A DNA stretch of 64,000 nucleotides from Candidatus Latescibacterota bacterium (GCA_965203355.1 OZ241889.1:1792001-1856000); one strand, 5' to 3'; shown: positions 33,019-43,288, numbered from the stretch's first letter. The notes: a model not told the origin generated them from the letters alone. Numbers and translations are program-made.

Positions 33019-34020
33019 ATGAAAAAACACATTGAAGGCGTTCCCTTTTGCACCTATCGACACTACAACTGCGTCTATGTGGTGTTGGATAGCCTGTTGC
33101 GCTTCTACGAATGCGAACCCTCGGTGCCCTGTTTTGCCCAGTGGGATTTTATCTATTGCCGAGAGCAAGGCGAGCGGTTCACTATGCAGGGACGGATCGT
33201 GCCCCTGCCCGAGACGCTCAAAGCCTTTGGCATTGCGCTGTTCAATCGCAGCGCGCATGATGGGCAAAGCGCGTGGGATAAAGTGAAAAAGCGAATAGAT
33301 GCAGATATTCCGGTGGCCATCAGCTTAGACGTATTTCCGCTGGCTCAAGCCGGTTTCTTTCCGCGTCTGCGCCATGCAGACCATCAGTATATCGCCGCCG
33401 GGTACGACGACGGGGCCGCTACTGTCCACGTAGTCGATCCTTCGCCGTGGCAGCCTTCGGCGCGGAGTATCCCGCTCGAATTATTCCTCGCCAGTTGGGA
33501 TATGAGCGCGATTGTTGGGGAGGACGAGGACCGATACAACTGGTTTTGGCTAGAGGTGCCGAGGCGAGGGCTGGTCCTGCGAGCGGAAGCCGCGCGCACC
33601 CTCCTGCAGCGCAACCTGCGCAGCATGTCCGCGTCCAGCGACCAAGCGAATCTCGCCGTGGGATTGAAGGGCGTCGAGCAACTCGCCGAGGATAGCGGGG
33701 CTTGGGCCGAGTACGAAGAGCCGTTTCTCAAAGAACGCCTAAGACGGTGCGCCGAGTTGCTCTTGGAAGTTGCCTTGCTCCGCGAAGGACATGGGCGCTT
33801 TCTTCGCCATGTCGCTGAGGTTTGCCAACAGCCGCGTCTCAAGGAGCTCAGCCGAGAACTTGAGTCCATTTCTCAAGGCTGGTTTGTGGTGAAGAATTTG
33901 TGCTTCAAAGGAACAGTCAGGGACGCGAAAAATGTGCTGCCGCGCATCCAGTCTCGGCTTTGTGCCCTCGCAAAACAGGAACGGAATGCCTTGGCAACCT
34001 TGGCGGAAATCGTCGGTTGA
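33019..34020 (+). CDS. BtrH N-terminal domain (papain/NlpC-P60-like) putative ACP-dependent acyltransferase
   Basis: N-terminal YNC catalytic Cys, IPVAISLDVFPL, HADHQYIAAGYDD His, VHVVDP Asp; helical C-terminal domain. Confidence 0.7.
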   Translation: MKKHIEGVPFCTYRHYNCVYVVLDSLLRFYECEPSVPCFAQWDFIYCREQGERFTMQGRIVPLPETLKAFGIALFNRSAHDGQSAWDKVKKRIDADIPVAISLDVFPLAQAGFFPRLRHADHQYIAAGYDDGAATVHVVDPSPWQPSARSIPLELFLASWDMSAIVGEDEDRYNWFWLEVPRRGLVLRAEAARTLLQRNLRSMSASSDQANLAVGLKGVEQLAEDSGAWAEYEEPFLKERLRRCAELLLEVALLREGHGRFLRHVAEVCQQPRLKELSRELESISQGWFVVKNLCFKGTVRDAKNVLPRIQSRLCALAKQERNALATLAEIVG

Positions 34021-34105
34021 CGGCCTTCGCCTCTGCAGACGTTTACTGATCTAAAACGCTTATCAAGTGGGTTAGAAAGTCTACGAGATACTGAAAGCCC
34101 TAGCT

Positions 34106-35287
34106 ATGTGGTCAATCGCCAGATTTCTACTCCCGATTCTTATACTCTTGCTCGTCGCAGGGGTATTTGTACTATCACAGGACGTTTTTCATTTTGTCTC
34201 AGAAGGCGTCAGTGAGGATATGGGGAGAGCCGACGTCCAAGAAACAGTAGCCTTCAGGCCACTTGAAACCCCCGTAGAGGTGATACGATTAAAAAAACAA
34301 TCGCTAGTGGAGAGCATTTCGACCAATGGTCGGACTAAAGCCTTACTCAAAACAAAAATCACATCTCAAGTGTCAGGAAGCGTTACCGAATTGAGGGTGG
34401 GAGAAGGCGAATTTGTTAAAAAAGATTCGGTGCTCTTAGAAATCGAAGACGAATCCTTCAGAATTGCTTATCTGCAAGCAAAAGACAGGTTGAATAACCT
34501 CCTCAATGAATACGCTCTCATGATATTGCTGAACAGGCAAACAGTATCAGACCGAATCGATATAAGCACCAGTACTAACATAGATACATCAAATATAAAC
34601 GATAGAGAATCAGCGGCTCTGCTGTCGGTACATTCTCGTAAAGAGCGGATTGCCAGCATGATAGGGTTGACGAAAGCTAGGCTGGATCTGAGAAAGGCAG
34701 AGTTGGATCTTGAAAATACCATGGTTCGTGCCCCCTTTGACGGCTTTGTCTCCGGCGTAGCAACATCACAGGGCAGTATAGTTCACCAGACAGATCAACT
34801 GATGTGGTTGGTTTCTCTAGATAGTTTGGTCGTTGAGGTAGGCATCTTGGAAACCGAGCTACGGTTGATTCGCAAAGGTACCGAAGCCGAGATAGAATTA
34901 GCCGCTTTTCCGGGCGAACAGATCAAGGGGACAGTCAGGGCGATAAGTCCAATTATAGAAGAAAAGAGTGGTACTTGTAATATCCAGGTAGAGATTGCCA
35001 ACCCAACCCGGGAAATCCGCCCCGGTATGTTTGCTCGTGTAACTGTTAGCCACGGAGAATTTCGTAGTCGCCTTCTGATTCCCCGAGACGCTCTTTTACT
35101 TCGAGATGATAGAAAGGTCGCATTCGTATATGAACAGGGAGTAGCACGTTGGCGCTATATCAAGACTGGTCTAGAGAACGATCTCTTTATCGAAGTCACT
35201 GAGGGCTTGAGCGAAGGAGAAGATTTGATCGTGTCTGGGCACTTCAATCTTGCTCACGAAGCCAAAGTCTTGTTGGTGGAGAAATGA
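34106..35287 (+). CDS. RND efflux periplasmic adaptor (MFP)
   Basis: N-terminal TM; SQVSGSV...EGEFVKK lipoyl halves; VRAPFDG; RPGMFARV; GLSEGE. Confidence 0.92.
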   Translation: MWSIARFLLPILILLLVAGVFVLSQDVFHFVSEGVSEDMGRADVQETVAFRPLETPVEVIRLKKQSLVESISTNGRTKALLKTKITSQVSGSVTELRVGEGEFVKKDSVLLEIEDESFRIAYLQAKDRLNNLLNEYALMILLNRQTVSDRIDISTSTNIDTSNINDRESAALLSVHSRKERIASMIGLTKARLDLRKAELDLENTMVRAPFDGFVSGVATSQGSIVHQTDQLMWLVSLDSLVVEVGILETELRLIRKGTEAEIELAAFPGEQIKGTVRAISPIIEEKSGTCNIQVEIANPTREIRPGMFARVTVSHGEFRSRLLIPRDALLLRDDRKVAFVYEQGVARWRYIKTGLENDLFIEVTEGLSEGEDLIVSGHFNLAHEAKVLLVEK

Positions 35288-35333
35288 AGACGGAAAGTCT
35301 TTTTCCGCTTTATTGAATGAACGAATAAGCGGG

Positions 35334-38300
35334 ATGCATATAACTGAAGTTGCAGTTCAGCGGCCCGTAGCCACTACGGTGTTCTTTATAGCAATGGTCA
35401 TGCTGGGAGTGTATTCTTTCCATCGGCTGAGCGTCGATTTCTTGCCCAGTATCAGCGTACCCAACCTACTAGTCAGAACCGAATGTCCTGGACTAAACGC
35501 ACAAGATATAGAGAAAAATGTCACCGAATGGATCGAGTCTGCGTTGAGTACAGTACAGGATGTGAATCGCATAGAATCGGTTTCGCGTGATGGCCTCTCG
35601 CTCATCCACGTCGATTTTGGCTGGGGCAGTAATATGAACATAGCGTTTATCAATGTGCGAAACAGACTGGATAGAATACAGGAGAACTTACCTGAATTCG
35701 TCGAGCGCTCAGTCATATTGAGCTTTGATCCATCCTCAACACCTATTATGACTTTGGTGGTTACGGGTGATCGCGTAGAAAATCCCACAACGGCCAAAAG
35801 CTACGAGAATGCCTTAGCAGAGCTAAAAGAGGTTTCTGAAACAGTCATTAAACGCCGTCTGGAACAATTGGATGGAGTGGCTTATGCTCTGGTATCGGGG
35901 GGGTTAGAGCGAGAAATTCAGGTGATTTTAGATTCGGAGAAAATGCTAACTTACCAGATCGGTTTCGCTGAGGTGGAGCAGGCCTTGAAACAGTTCAATG
36001 TGCAGTCGCTAGGCGGTACCATCCGCGACAGGCACTACCAATTCCCTCTCCGCATTGAAGCCTCATATAATAAGGTGGACGAGATCTACAAGACGCCTAT
36101 CCGGTCCACGCTACGGGAACAGACTATTCGCTTGCAAGACATTGCCCGTATAGAGGATTCCTACAAAAAACGGACTGGTTATGTTCGCTTGAACGGCAAA
36201 GAAGTGATAACTTTGTTTCTATTTAAGGAAGCTGGTGCTAATACGGTTAAAACCTCAAAAAAAATATATGAAGATCTTTATAGATTGGCCGAAGAGTACC
36301 CCGAATTTCAGGTCACAGTGGCTTTTGATCAGGCGGAGTTCATCCAAGAATCCATAGTTAACGTATTACATGCTTTATACTTGGGGAGTATAGTCACATT
36401 TTTTGTGCTTTTCTTTTTTCTACAAGACTTGCGGAGTCTTGTCATTGTGGGGCTTGCTATCCCGATCTCCATTGTGACCACCTTGGTTTTCATGTACTTC
36501 TTGTCCATCAATCTCAATATAATCTCTTTGGGTGGCTTGGCATTGGGCATCGGTATATTAGTAGACAATTCCATCGTAGTGCTAGAGAATATCTATCGCT
36601 ACAGAGAAATAGGGTATCCTACTCGTCGAGCTGCGGTTGAAGGAGCCAAAGAGGTAAGTATGGCGATTACGGCCTCGACCCTTACCACCTTATCTGTCTT
36701 TATACCGTTAGTCTATGTTAAGGGTTTAGCAGGAGAACTTTTTTATAATCAATCTATTGTAATTGCGATCTCTCTAGCCGTTTCGCTCCTCGTATCTCTT
36801 ACTTTTCTACCTGTGCTAGTCATACAGATCTCCCGTTCATCTGCCAATCCTTTTACCTATTGGTCTATGCGATCTTATCTTCCCTTGCCCCTTCGTTTGC
36901 AAGGAAGGAGCTTGCCAAGTAAAGTCGGTACACTAATAGGATGGGTGCTAGAAAATGCGGTTTATACTGCAATCTATGGACTGTACAAGGGTGCTCTGAT
37001 CTACTTTTTTCGTTTGGTAGAGGTACTTATCGCGTCCTTTCAACGGCTTTTTGCCGCCTTTTTCAGAACCTATGAACTCATCCTGTCGACTGTCTTACAG
37101 TACAAGGCGGTTTCGATTTTCACCGTCCTATTGGTGTTCTATGCTAGCCTGGAGATCATGCAACAATTAGATAAAGAATTGATGCCGCTGGTAGATAGAA
37201 AGAAACTAGTTGTGAGTGCGGAATTACCCATGGGAACAAATCTGCACAACACATCTCTGAAAGTTGCACATCTGGAGAGCAAACTGCTACAACAGCAAAA
37301 AATAAAGGCGGTTCTATCTTCGGTGGGGATTACCAGCGATGTTTTAGATCGCCGGTACCATCCAAGTTTGAACAAAGCGATCTTGGATATAGAAATAGTA
37401 CAAGAGGCTAATATCTTTGAAGTTTCCCATTCCCTGAAGGAGATATTCGCGGATTTCACCGATATAAAGTTGGAGATCAAGAGGCGGGAATCTGTTTTTG
37501 AACAACTATTCCAACAGCGACCGGACGTATTTGACATTGAATTGGTTGGGCCGGAATTGGAAGTTCTTGATTCTTTAAGTCGGCAAATCGTAGATTTTAT
37601 GAGACAATCAGATGGTTTTGAAAATGCGGTTTCTAATTTAAAAATAGCTGAACGAGAATACCGGCTAGAGATAAAACGGAGCGTCTTGATCCGCTATGGC
37701 ATAGAGATCTCGGAACTGGTCGCATTCCTCAAGCAGCGAATTAAGGGCAGTATACCTACCCAATTCATTGACTTCTCCGATAAGATCGACATACGACTTT
37801 TGGCCGACGACCGCACGGAGATAGAGCTATATGACTTGCTAAAGCTACAGTTTCCTGTTCAAAAAATCGACGAGACCTCCTATGTGCCCCTAACCGATCT
37901 GGTGACTCTGGAGCCCCAAGCTGGATTTGAGGCGATCCACCGCAGAGATCAAAATCGAACCGTCCTCATTACAGCTATCCTTAATGGACTCGACTTCTCT
38001 GAGGCGACAGCCCACCTTGAAAACTATTTGCGTACTATGCAGATACCCAGCGGATATTGGTTTGAGATCGGTACATTCAGAGGAAATACAAGAGCCGAAT
38101 TTGAAAATCTACTGCTCATCCTAGTGATTTCAATAGCTCTTATCTATTTCATTCTTTCAGCTCAGTTTGAGTCTATCAGAGTGCCTTTAATCATACTCAT
38201 GGCGATCCCGTTGTCGCTCGTTGGAGTTGTGTTCACTTTGTGGGTGAGCGGCAATACCCTGAATGTCATGTCGCTATTGGGTGGAATCGTGCTGGTGGGT

Positions 38301-38618
38301 ATTGTGGTAAACGATGCGATTGTAAAAGTGGACTTTATACATCGCCACTACGTGGAGAGCGGTGATGTGAAGGCCGCTATTGTAGAGGCTGGACGCAAAC
38401 GATTTCGGCCTATCTGGATGACTACAGCAACCACGGTGTGTGGGTTGCTACCCATGGCTTTGGCCATGGGTAGCGGAGACGAACTGAGACGTCCCCTTGC
38501 TTGGACCATCATAGGAGGACTGTCCGCAGCAACTTTTTTGACCTTGATCGTAATCCCCACTATTTATGCGGGCATGATAGGACCGGGGCGTCAACAGAGC
38601 AAAGTGAACAGTAACTAA
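35334..38618 (+). CDS. RND efflux permease (AcrB/MdtB-like)
   Basis: RPVAT start, GILVDNSIVVLENI, GIVVNDAIV, RFRPIWMT. Confidence 0.93.
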   Translation: MHITEVAVQRPVATTVFFIAMVMLGVYSFHRLSVDFLPSISVPNLLVRTECPGLNAQDIEKNVTEWIESALSTVQDVNRIESVSRDGLSLIHVDFGWGSNMNIAFINVRNRLDRIQENLPEFVERSVILSFDPSSTPIMTLVVTGDRVENPTTAKSYENALAELKEVSETVIKRRLEQLDGVAYALVSGGLEREIQVILDSEKMLTYQIGFAEVEQALKQFNVQSLGGTIRDRHYQFPLRIEASYNKVDEIYKTPIRSTLREQTIRLQDIARIEDSYKKRTGYVRLNGKEVITLFLFKEAGANTVKTSKKIYEDLYRLAEEYPEFQVTVAFDQAEFIQESIVNVLHALYLGSIVTFFVLFFFLQDLRSLVIVGLAIPISIVTTLVFMYFLSINLNIISLGGLALGIGILVDNSIVVLENIYRYREIGYPTRRAAVEGAKEVSMAITASTLTTLSVFIPLVYVKGLAGELFYNQSIVIAISLAVSLLVSLTFLPVLVIQISRSSANPFTYWSMRSYLPLPLRLQGRSLPSKVGTLIGWVLENAVYTAIYGLYKGALIYFFRLVEVLIASFQRLFAAFFRTYELILSTVLQYKAVSIFTVLLVFYASLEIMQQLDKELMPLVDRKKLVVSAELPMGTNLHNTSLKVAHLESKLLQQQKIKAVLSSVGITSDVLDRRYHPSLNKAILDIEIVQEANIFEVSHSLKEIFADFTDIKLEIKRRESVFEQLFQQRPDVFDIELVGPELEVLDSLSRQIVDFMRQSDGFENAVSNLKIAEREYRLEIKRSVLIRYGIEISELVAFLKQRIKGSIPTQFIDFSDKIDIRLLADDRTEIELYDLLKLQFPVQKIDETSYVPLTDLVTLEPQAGFEAIHRRDQNRTVLITAILNGLDFSEATAHLENYLRTMQIPSGYWFEIGTFRGNTRAEFENLLLILVISIALIYFILSAQFESIRVPLIILMAIPLSLVGVVFTLWVSGNTLNVMSLLGGIVLVGIVVNDAIVKVDFIHRHYVESGDVKAAIVEAGRKRFRPIWMTTATTVCGLLPMALAMGSGDELRRPLAWTIIGGLSAATFLTLIVIPTIYAGMIGPGRQQSKVNSN

Positions 38619-38630
38619 AGATGCTGAAGT

Positions 38631-41600
38631 ATGATAAACCAGCTATTGGTACGCCGGGTAGCAGTCGGAACTTTTTTTGGTGCTTTCTTAGTTTTGGGCT
38701 TGGTCTGTTTCTCGCTGATCCCGGTCGAACTATCCCCCCGCATTGAGCTACCGCAACTCACGGTCTCTGTATCCTGGCCTCGAACTTCGGCCCTCACTAT
38801 AGAAGCCCAGATTACTGCTCCTTTAGAAGCTGAGTTACAAGGCTTGCAAGGAGTAGTTGATATCTATTCAACGACAGGCGAGGGATGGTGCTGGCTGACC
38901 GCAGAGTTAGCCGAAGATGCGGATACGCAATTGGCCGAGTTGAGATTCAGAGAAAAGATCTATCACTTGCGTAAACAATGGCCCAAGGAAGTCTCTTGGC
39001 CCACTATTCAGCGTACTGTCCCCCAAGAGCTGCGCCAGCTAGAAGACTTTATGAGTTTTGTGCTAGTTGGAGATCGTTCTGTGGCTGAGTTGCGAAAATT
39101 TGCCGAAGACGAGCTGTATGCCTCTCTCTCATCGGTCCGTGGTGTAAAGACAGTAGAAATACGGGGCGGGGAAGAACAATTTGTCGAAATCGAAATAGAT
39201 CCGCAGGCCGTTGCGAGTTTGGCAATATCGAGGTCTATCCTCGGAAGTCCAAAATGGAGTAGCTATCAGCGACACTTGCTAGGTGGCGTATGGGAACACG
39301 GTGTCTTGCGACGTCTGCGGCTGGATGCAGGTTTCAGTGAATTTGCAGAGATACGAAAAATCCCCATTACCCAAACCTTGAATGGCCGTATTGTTCGGCT
39401 GGAAGATATAGCAACCGTCAATCTCCGCGCTAGGGAGCCTCAGCGTATTGTACGCGTGAACGGGAGAAACGTGGTTGCGCTATCTCTGTCTAAAGAGTAT
39501 GGAGTAGATTTACTCGAAACGGCTCAGCAGGTAGATAGGATGGTGGCACTACTCAAAAAAGGTATGCCCAAGGAAATAGAGATTGTCAAGGATCACGATA
39601 GTAGTCGGGATCTTCAAGAGCAAGTTCAGCATATAACCAAACGTATGTTATTTGCCATTTTATTTATTGTCTTGGTTTTGATGGTGGTTTTCAAAAGTAT
39701 CCAAGCTGTCTTTATCATTCTGAGCTCTATTGCCTTCTCGATTCTAGGAGCAACAACCTTATTTTATCTCTTAGGCTATTCGCTGAATATACTTATCTTG
39801 GCCGGTTTTACGGTGGGCTTTGGGATTTTGGTGGATAATGCCGTGGTGGTGTACGATCATATCCATCGCCGCATAACGCAGCTTGACTTAGAGAATGTAA
39901 ATTGTCCTGTGGTTTTAAAAGAGGCTACCATAGGCGCAGTACGAGAGATGGTACAACCACTTATAGCATCTAACCTAACCACCTTGGGAGCCTTTTTGCC
40001 AGTCTTCTTTCTCTCTTCAGAGCTACAACTGTACTTCAAATCTTTTGTCGTCTCGCTAGGTTCAACCCTATGCGTTTCTCTATTCATTTCTTTTACACTC
40101 ATTCCCACTTTTTCGTATCGTGTACGGGCTTACCGAGGCAGAGAATTCATCTGGAAATTTTCAAGGCCTCACGAGCAGAAGGATAGCGGGCAAGGATGTC
40201 GAGAGACTTCGTATGGCTTTAGCCATCTATTAAAGCGAATATATGGTGGTTTGCTTTCATTCTGTACGAATCATAAAAAATGGGTCTTCGCTGCACTGTT
40301 ATGGATGATAGGAGTACCTCTCTGGTTGTTACCCACAGATATAAGTATTCAGACGGAACCTATAATCCGAAAAGAAAAAAACCTTATAAAAACTCGTGCA
40401 GCCTACAATGCCTTTATCGAAAAAAATCAGCATAAAGTAGAATCAGATACATTACCCTGGGTTACAGAAATAATAGAAAAAGCAACCTTTCTTTTATCTG
40501 CTGGATTACCGTTTTTGCAGGATCCATACAATGCCATATGGAATAATAGATTCTTTGTCTTTGCCAAGCCTTGGCTGATTAAGTTGATGGGTGGATCCAC
40601 ATATCTCTTTTTCAATAAAGTGCATGTTGGCGACTGGGAAGGTTACGATTACCCATTCACTGAAGAAACTTCAATTATTATTGACATAGAGATGCCCAAT
40701 AGCATATACATTAAAAGAATAGATCAAATATGTCTAGATTTTGAAAGAAAAATCCTACCATATGAAGAGTTTATAGAAAAAATAAGTACCCAGATGGACA
40801 AGGAGAGAGCACATATTCGAATTGATTTTAAGGAAAAATACAAGAATGATCCTGTTTCTATCCAACTGTACAGATACTTAGTTTCATACGGGAGAAACAT
40901 TGGAGGAGTTACTCTTAAGATAATGGGGAAAGGGCTACCATTTAAGGATATTTTAGAAGGTAATTATACGAACTCATCTATTAAAGTGAAGGGATTTAAC
41001 TTTGACAGAGTTCACGCCATTGCCAAGGAGATAGCACAAAGGCTTGCAGGTTATAAAAGAGTGAAGAATATAGATAGTGACCGCGCCACTCGATGGGAGA
41101 CTAACCAGTACGAGGTAGTCGCTCAGGTGGAACGCGATCCACTGGTGGCTTATAGAATAAGCCATGGGCGAGTCGTGCGAGAAATACAGGCTAGGATTGG
41201 CAACACATCCTCTAGTACAGTTCAAGTTGATGGAAGGTTTATACCTGCCTTCGTGATATTTTCGGGTGCTGATCGCATGACTGTCAGGGAGCTGAATCGA
41301 GTATTGATGCAGAGTGAGGAGCAAGCGCAGACAACTCGGATTGGATATCTCACCCGCATTGACAAGCAAAGAGTTTTACCCAAAATAAGACGAGAAAATC
41401 AGAGTTATGTCCGGTTGGTCAATTACTCCTTCTTAGGCCCTATTTCCTATGGAGATAATTTGCAAAAAAAGATCATAGAAGAAACGGTTCTTCCTTACGG
41501 GTATAGTCTAATACCAGATAAGCCTTGGTACAGCGATCTCTACAAGAGCGAAAAGAAAGAGTTAATGTGGGCTATTTTGTTAGGAGTGGTACTGGTTTGG

Positions 41601-42050
41601 ATGATTACAGCCGCTCTATTCGAGTCGTGGACCAAGCCATTTTTAGTACTGCTGGCTCTACCTTTGGCTATGATAGGGGCGTCTTGTGGCTTTTATCTTT
41701 TTGATGCCTATTTCAATAAAGGTGGATATGCTGCGATTCTCTTTTTAATAGGTATTGGAGTGAATAATTCGATTCTATTAGTAGATCATATTAGTAACTC
41801 CTTGAAATCGCAGACGGGAAGTAGGAAGGAAATTATTGTCAATGCTGCTTTTCGGAGAATTCGTCCCATTTTCATCACTACTGCTACTACTTTTGTTGGC
41901 CTGTTCCCTCTGTTATTATACGAGGATCGCTTAAGCCTTTGGTATTCTCTGTCTATAGGTGCTTGTGGTGGCTTGATATCTTCCTTTTTATTGACTCTGA
42001 TAATTGTACCGTTTTGTTTTCTTCTCGGAGAAAAAGCCTCTGCACCCTAA
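38631..42050 (+). CDS. RND efflux permease (second subunit, MdtC-like)
   Basis: GILVDNAVVVYDHI, GIGVNNSILL, RIRPIFITT. Confidence 0.9.
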   Translation: MINQLLVRRVAVGTFFGAFLVLGLVCFSLIPVELSPRIELPQLTVSVSWPRTSALTIEAQITAPLEAELQGLQGVVDIYSTTGEGWCWLTAELAEDADTQLAELRFREKIYHLRKQWPKEVSWPTIQRTVPQELRQLEDFMSFVLVGDRSVAELRKFAEDELYASLSSVRGVKTVEIRGGEEQFVEIEIDPQAVASLAISRSILGSPKWSSYQRHLLGGVWEHGVLRRLRLDAGFSEFAEIRKIPITQTLNGRIVRLEDIATVNLRAREPQRIVRVNGRNVVALSLSKEYGVDLLETAQQVDRMVALLKKGMPKEIEIVKDHDSSRDLQEQVQHITKRMLFAILFIVLVLMVVFKSIQAVFIILSSIAFSILGATTLFYLLGYSLNILILAGFTVGFGILVDNAVVVYDHIHRRITQLDLENVNCPVVLKEATIGAVREMVQPLIASNLTTLGAFLPVFFLSSELQLYFKSFVVSLGSTLCVSLFISFTLIPTFSYRVRAYRGREFIWKFSRPHEQKDSGQGCRETSYGFSHLLKRIYGGLLSFCTNHKKWVFAALLWMIGVPLWLLPTDISIQTEPIIRKEKNLIKTRAAYNAFIEKNQHKVESDTLPWVTEIIEKATFLLSAGLPFLQDPYNAIWNNRFFVFAKPWLIKLMGGSTYLFFNKVHVGDWEGYDYPFTEETSIIIDIEMPNSIYIKRIDQICLDFERKILPYEEFIEKISTQMDKERAHIRIDFKEKYKNDPVSIQLYRYLVSYGRNIGGVTLKIMGKGLPFKDILEGNYTNSSIKVKGFNFDRVHAIAKEIAQRLAGYKRVKNIDSDRATRWETNQYEVVAQVERDPLVAYRISHGRVVREIQARIGNTSSSTVQVDGRFIPAFVIFSGADRMTVRELNRVLMQSEEQAQTTRIGYLTRIDKQRVLPKIRRENQSYVRLVNYSFLGPISYGDNLQKKIIEETVLPYGYSLIPDKPWYSDLYKSEKKELMWAILLGVVLVWMITAALFESWTKPFLVLLALPLAMIGASCGFYLFDAYFNKGGYAAILFLIGIGVNNSILLVDHISNSLKSQTGSRKEIIVNAAFRRIRPIFITTATTFVGLFPLLLYEDRLSLWYSLSIGACGGLISSFLLTLIIVPFCFLLGEKASAP

Positions 42051-42195
42051 AGGGGTTCTGGTACGGATTGACGGCATAGCTACCGTGCCGCCAGCCGAGC
42101 ACGGCCTCCGCATCCCTGGCTCATACAAACAACTCTTTGGAGTAGGGGTTTGTCTATGATCACGCAAGCGATGGCTAGCTCGCGTAAAACCGCGG

Positions 42196-43254
42196 TTATC
42201 GCTCCTGCCAGCGGCCCTGCAACTGATGCAAGCGGCGGCTTAGCTCGGCTGGCGAGGCCGTGCCCGTGGTGCCAGTCTGCTGCGTGGTAATGGAAGCGGC
42301 CAAGCAGGCTACCGCGGCCGCTTCGGTCAATTCGGCACCGCCAGCCAAGGCCGCGCAGATAGCGGCCGCGCACGTGTCTCCGGCACCGACTGGGTCGACG
42401 GGGTCGGTAAGGCGCACGGCCGGTACGTGCTCGACCGCGTGGCCATCGGCCACGAGTATTCCCTTATTGCCAAGCGTTAGAAACACCGGGCAACCAGTCT
42501 GGTCGCTGAGTAAGTGGGCGTGGTGGTGCGCTGCCTTGAGCGACAGGCTCCCGTGGCCGCCGAGCGCGGCCCAAGCCTCGCGCTGGTTGGGTTTGAGGAT
42601 GGTGCGCTTGAAGAGACCAATGTGCGTACGCGAATCGGCGATGGCCACGAGTTCAGGCTGGGAGCCGAGCGCAGTGACAATGGCGCGGCGCACGTGCGCG
42701 GTGAGAACGCCGCAATTGGCCTCGGCGACTTGGTCGATGAGCACGAGTCCGTCCCAGTGGCGCTGGCGCTGGCGGACGTGGTCGATGAGTGTGCGCTGTA
42801 GGCTGGTGGGGGTCGGACGGTGGTTTTTTACATCGAGCCGCTCTAGTTCTTCAAGGACGGGCCGCCCGCGCTGGCCAGCATTGACGTAGCAGGGCTTGCT
42901 ATAGGTCGGAGTCAAGCGGCCCGGAGCGGTTAGAAAGCCCGTCAAGTCTAGGCCGAGTTGGCGCATGGCCCGCCGCAGTTCGTAGCCTTCGCCGTCGTCG
43001 CCGCAATACCCCACGGCCTCGACTACACCCACGCCGAGGGCGCACAAGTTGGCCGCGACATTGCCAGCGGCCCCAGGTTGGCGGCGATAGCCGATCACCT
43101 GATAGCAGGTTTTGCCGGTCTCCAGCGACTTTTCGTCGAGAGCCGGGTCGCATTCGAGGTAGGAATCGAGAAAAAAGTCGCCGACCACGCCGATGCGCAG
43201 CGCGGGAAACGCTTCCACGAGGGTGTGCAGGCGAGTTGAGGACAAGTTAAACAT
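42196..43254 (-). CDS. PfkB family kinase, HldE/RfaE domain I-like
   Basis: VVGDFFLDSY, PGAAGNVAAN, LKPN, DPVGAGD. Confidence 0.85.
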   Translation of the reverse strand: MFNLSSTRLHTLVEAFPALRIGVVGDFFLDSYLECDPALDEKSLETGKTCYQVIGYRRQPGAAGNVAANLCALGVGVVEAVGYCGDDGEGYELRRAMRQLGLDLTGFLTAPGRLTPTYSKPCYVNAGQRGRPVLEELERLDVKNHRPTPTSLQRTLIDHVRQRQRHWDGLVLIDQVAEANCGVLTAHVRRAIVTALGSQPELVAIADSRTHIGLFKRTILKPNQREAWAALGGHGSLSLKAAHHHAHLLSDQTGCPVFLTLGNKGILVADGHAVEHVPAVRLTDPVDPVGAGDTCAAAICAALAGGAELTEAAAVACLAASITTQQTGTTGTASPAELSRRLHQLQGRWQER

Positions 43255-43288
43255 GGGATTGGCAGCGCAAAAGATAGGTAAGTCGGAC

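Noticed and set aside
42051-42195. att site, tRNA or integrase remnant at the island's right edge
   Set aside because: Only an imperfect hairpin (CATACAAAC...GTTTGTCTATG) is visible; no tRNA fold or direct repeat matching the left edge was found by eye
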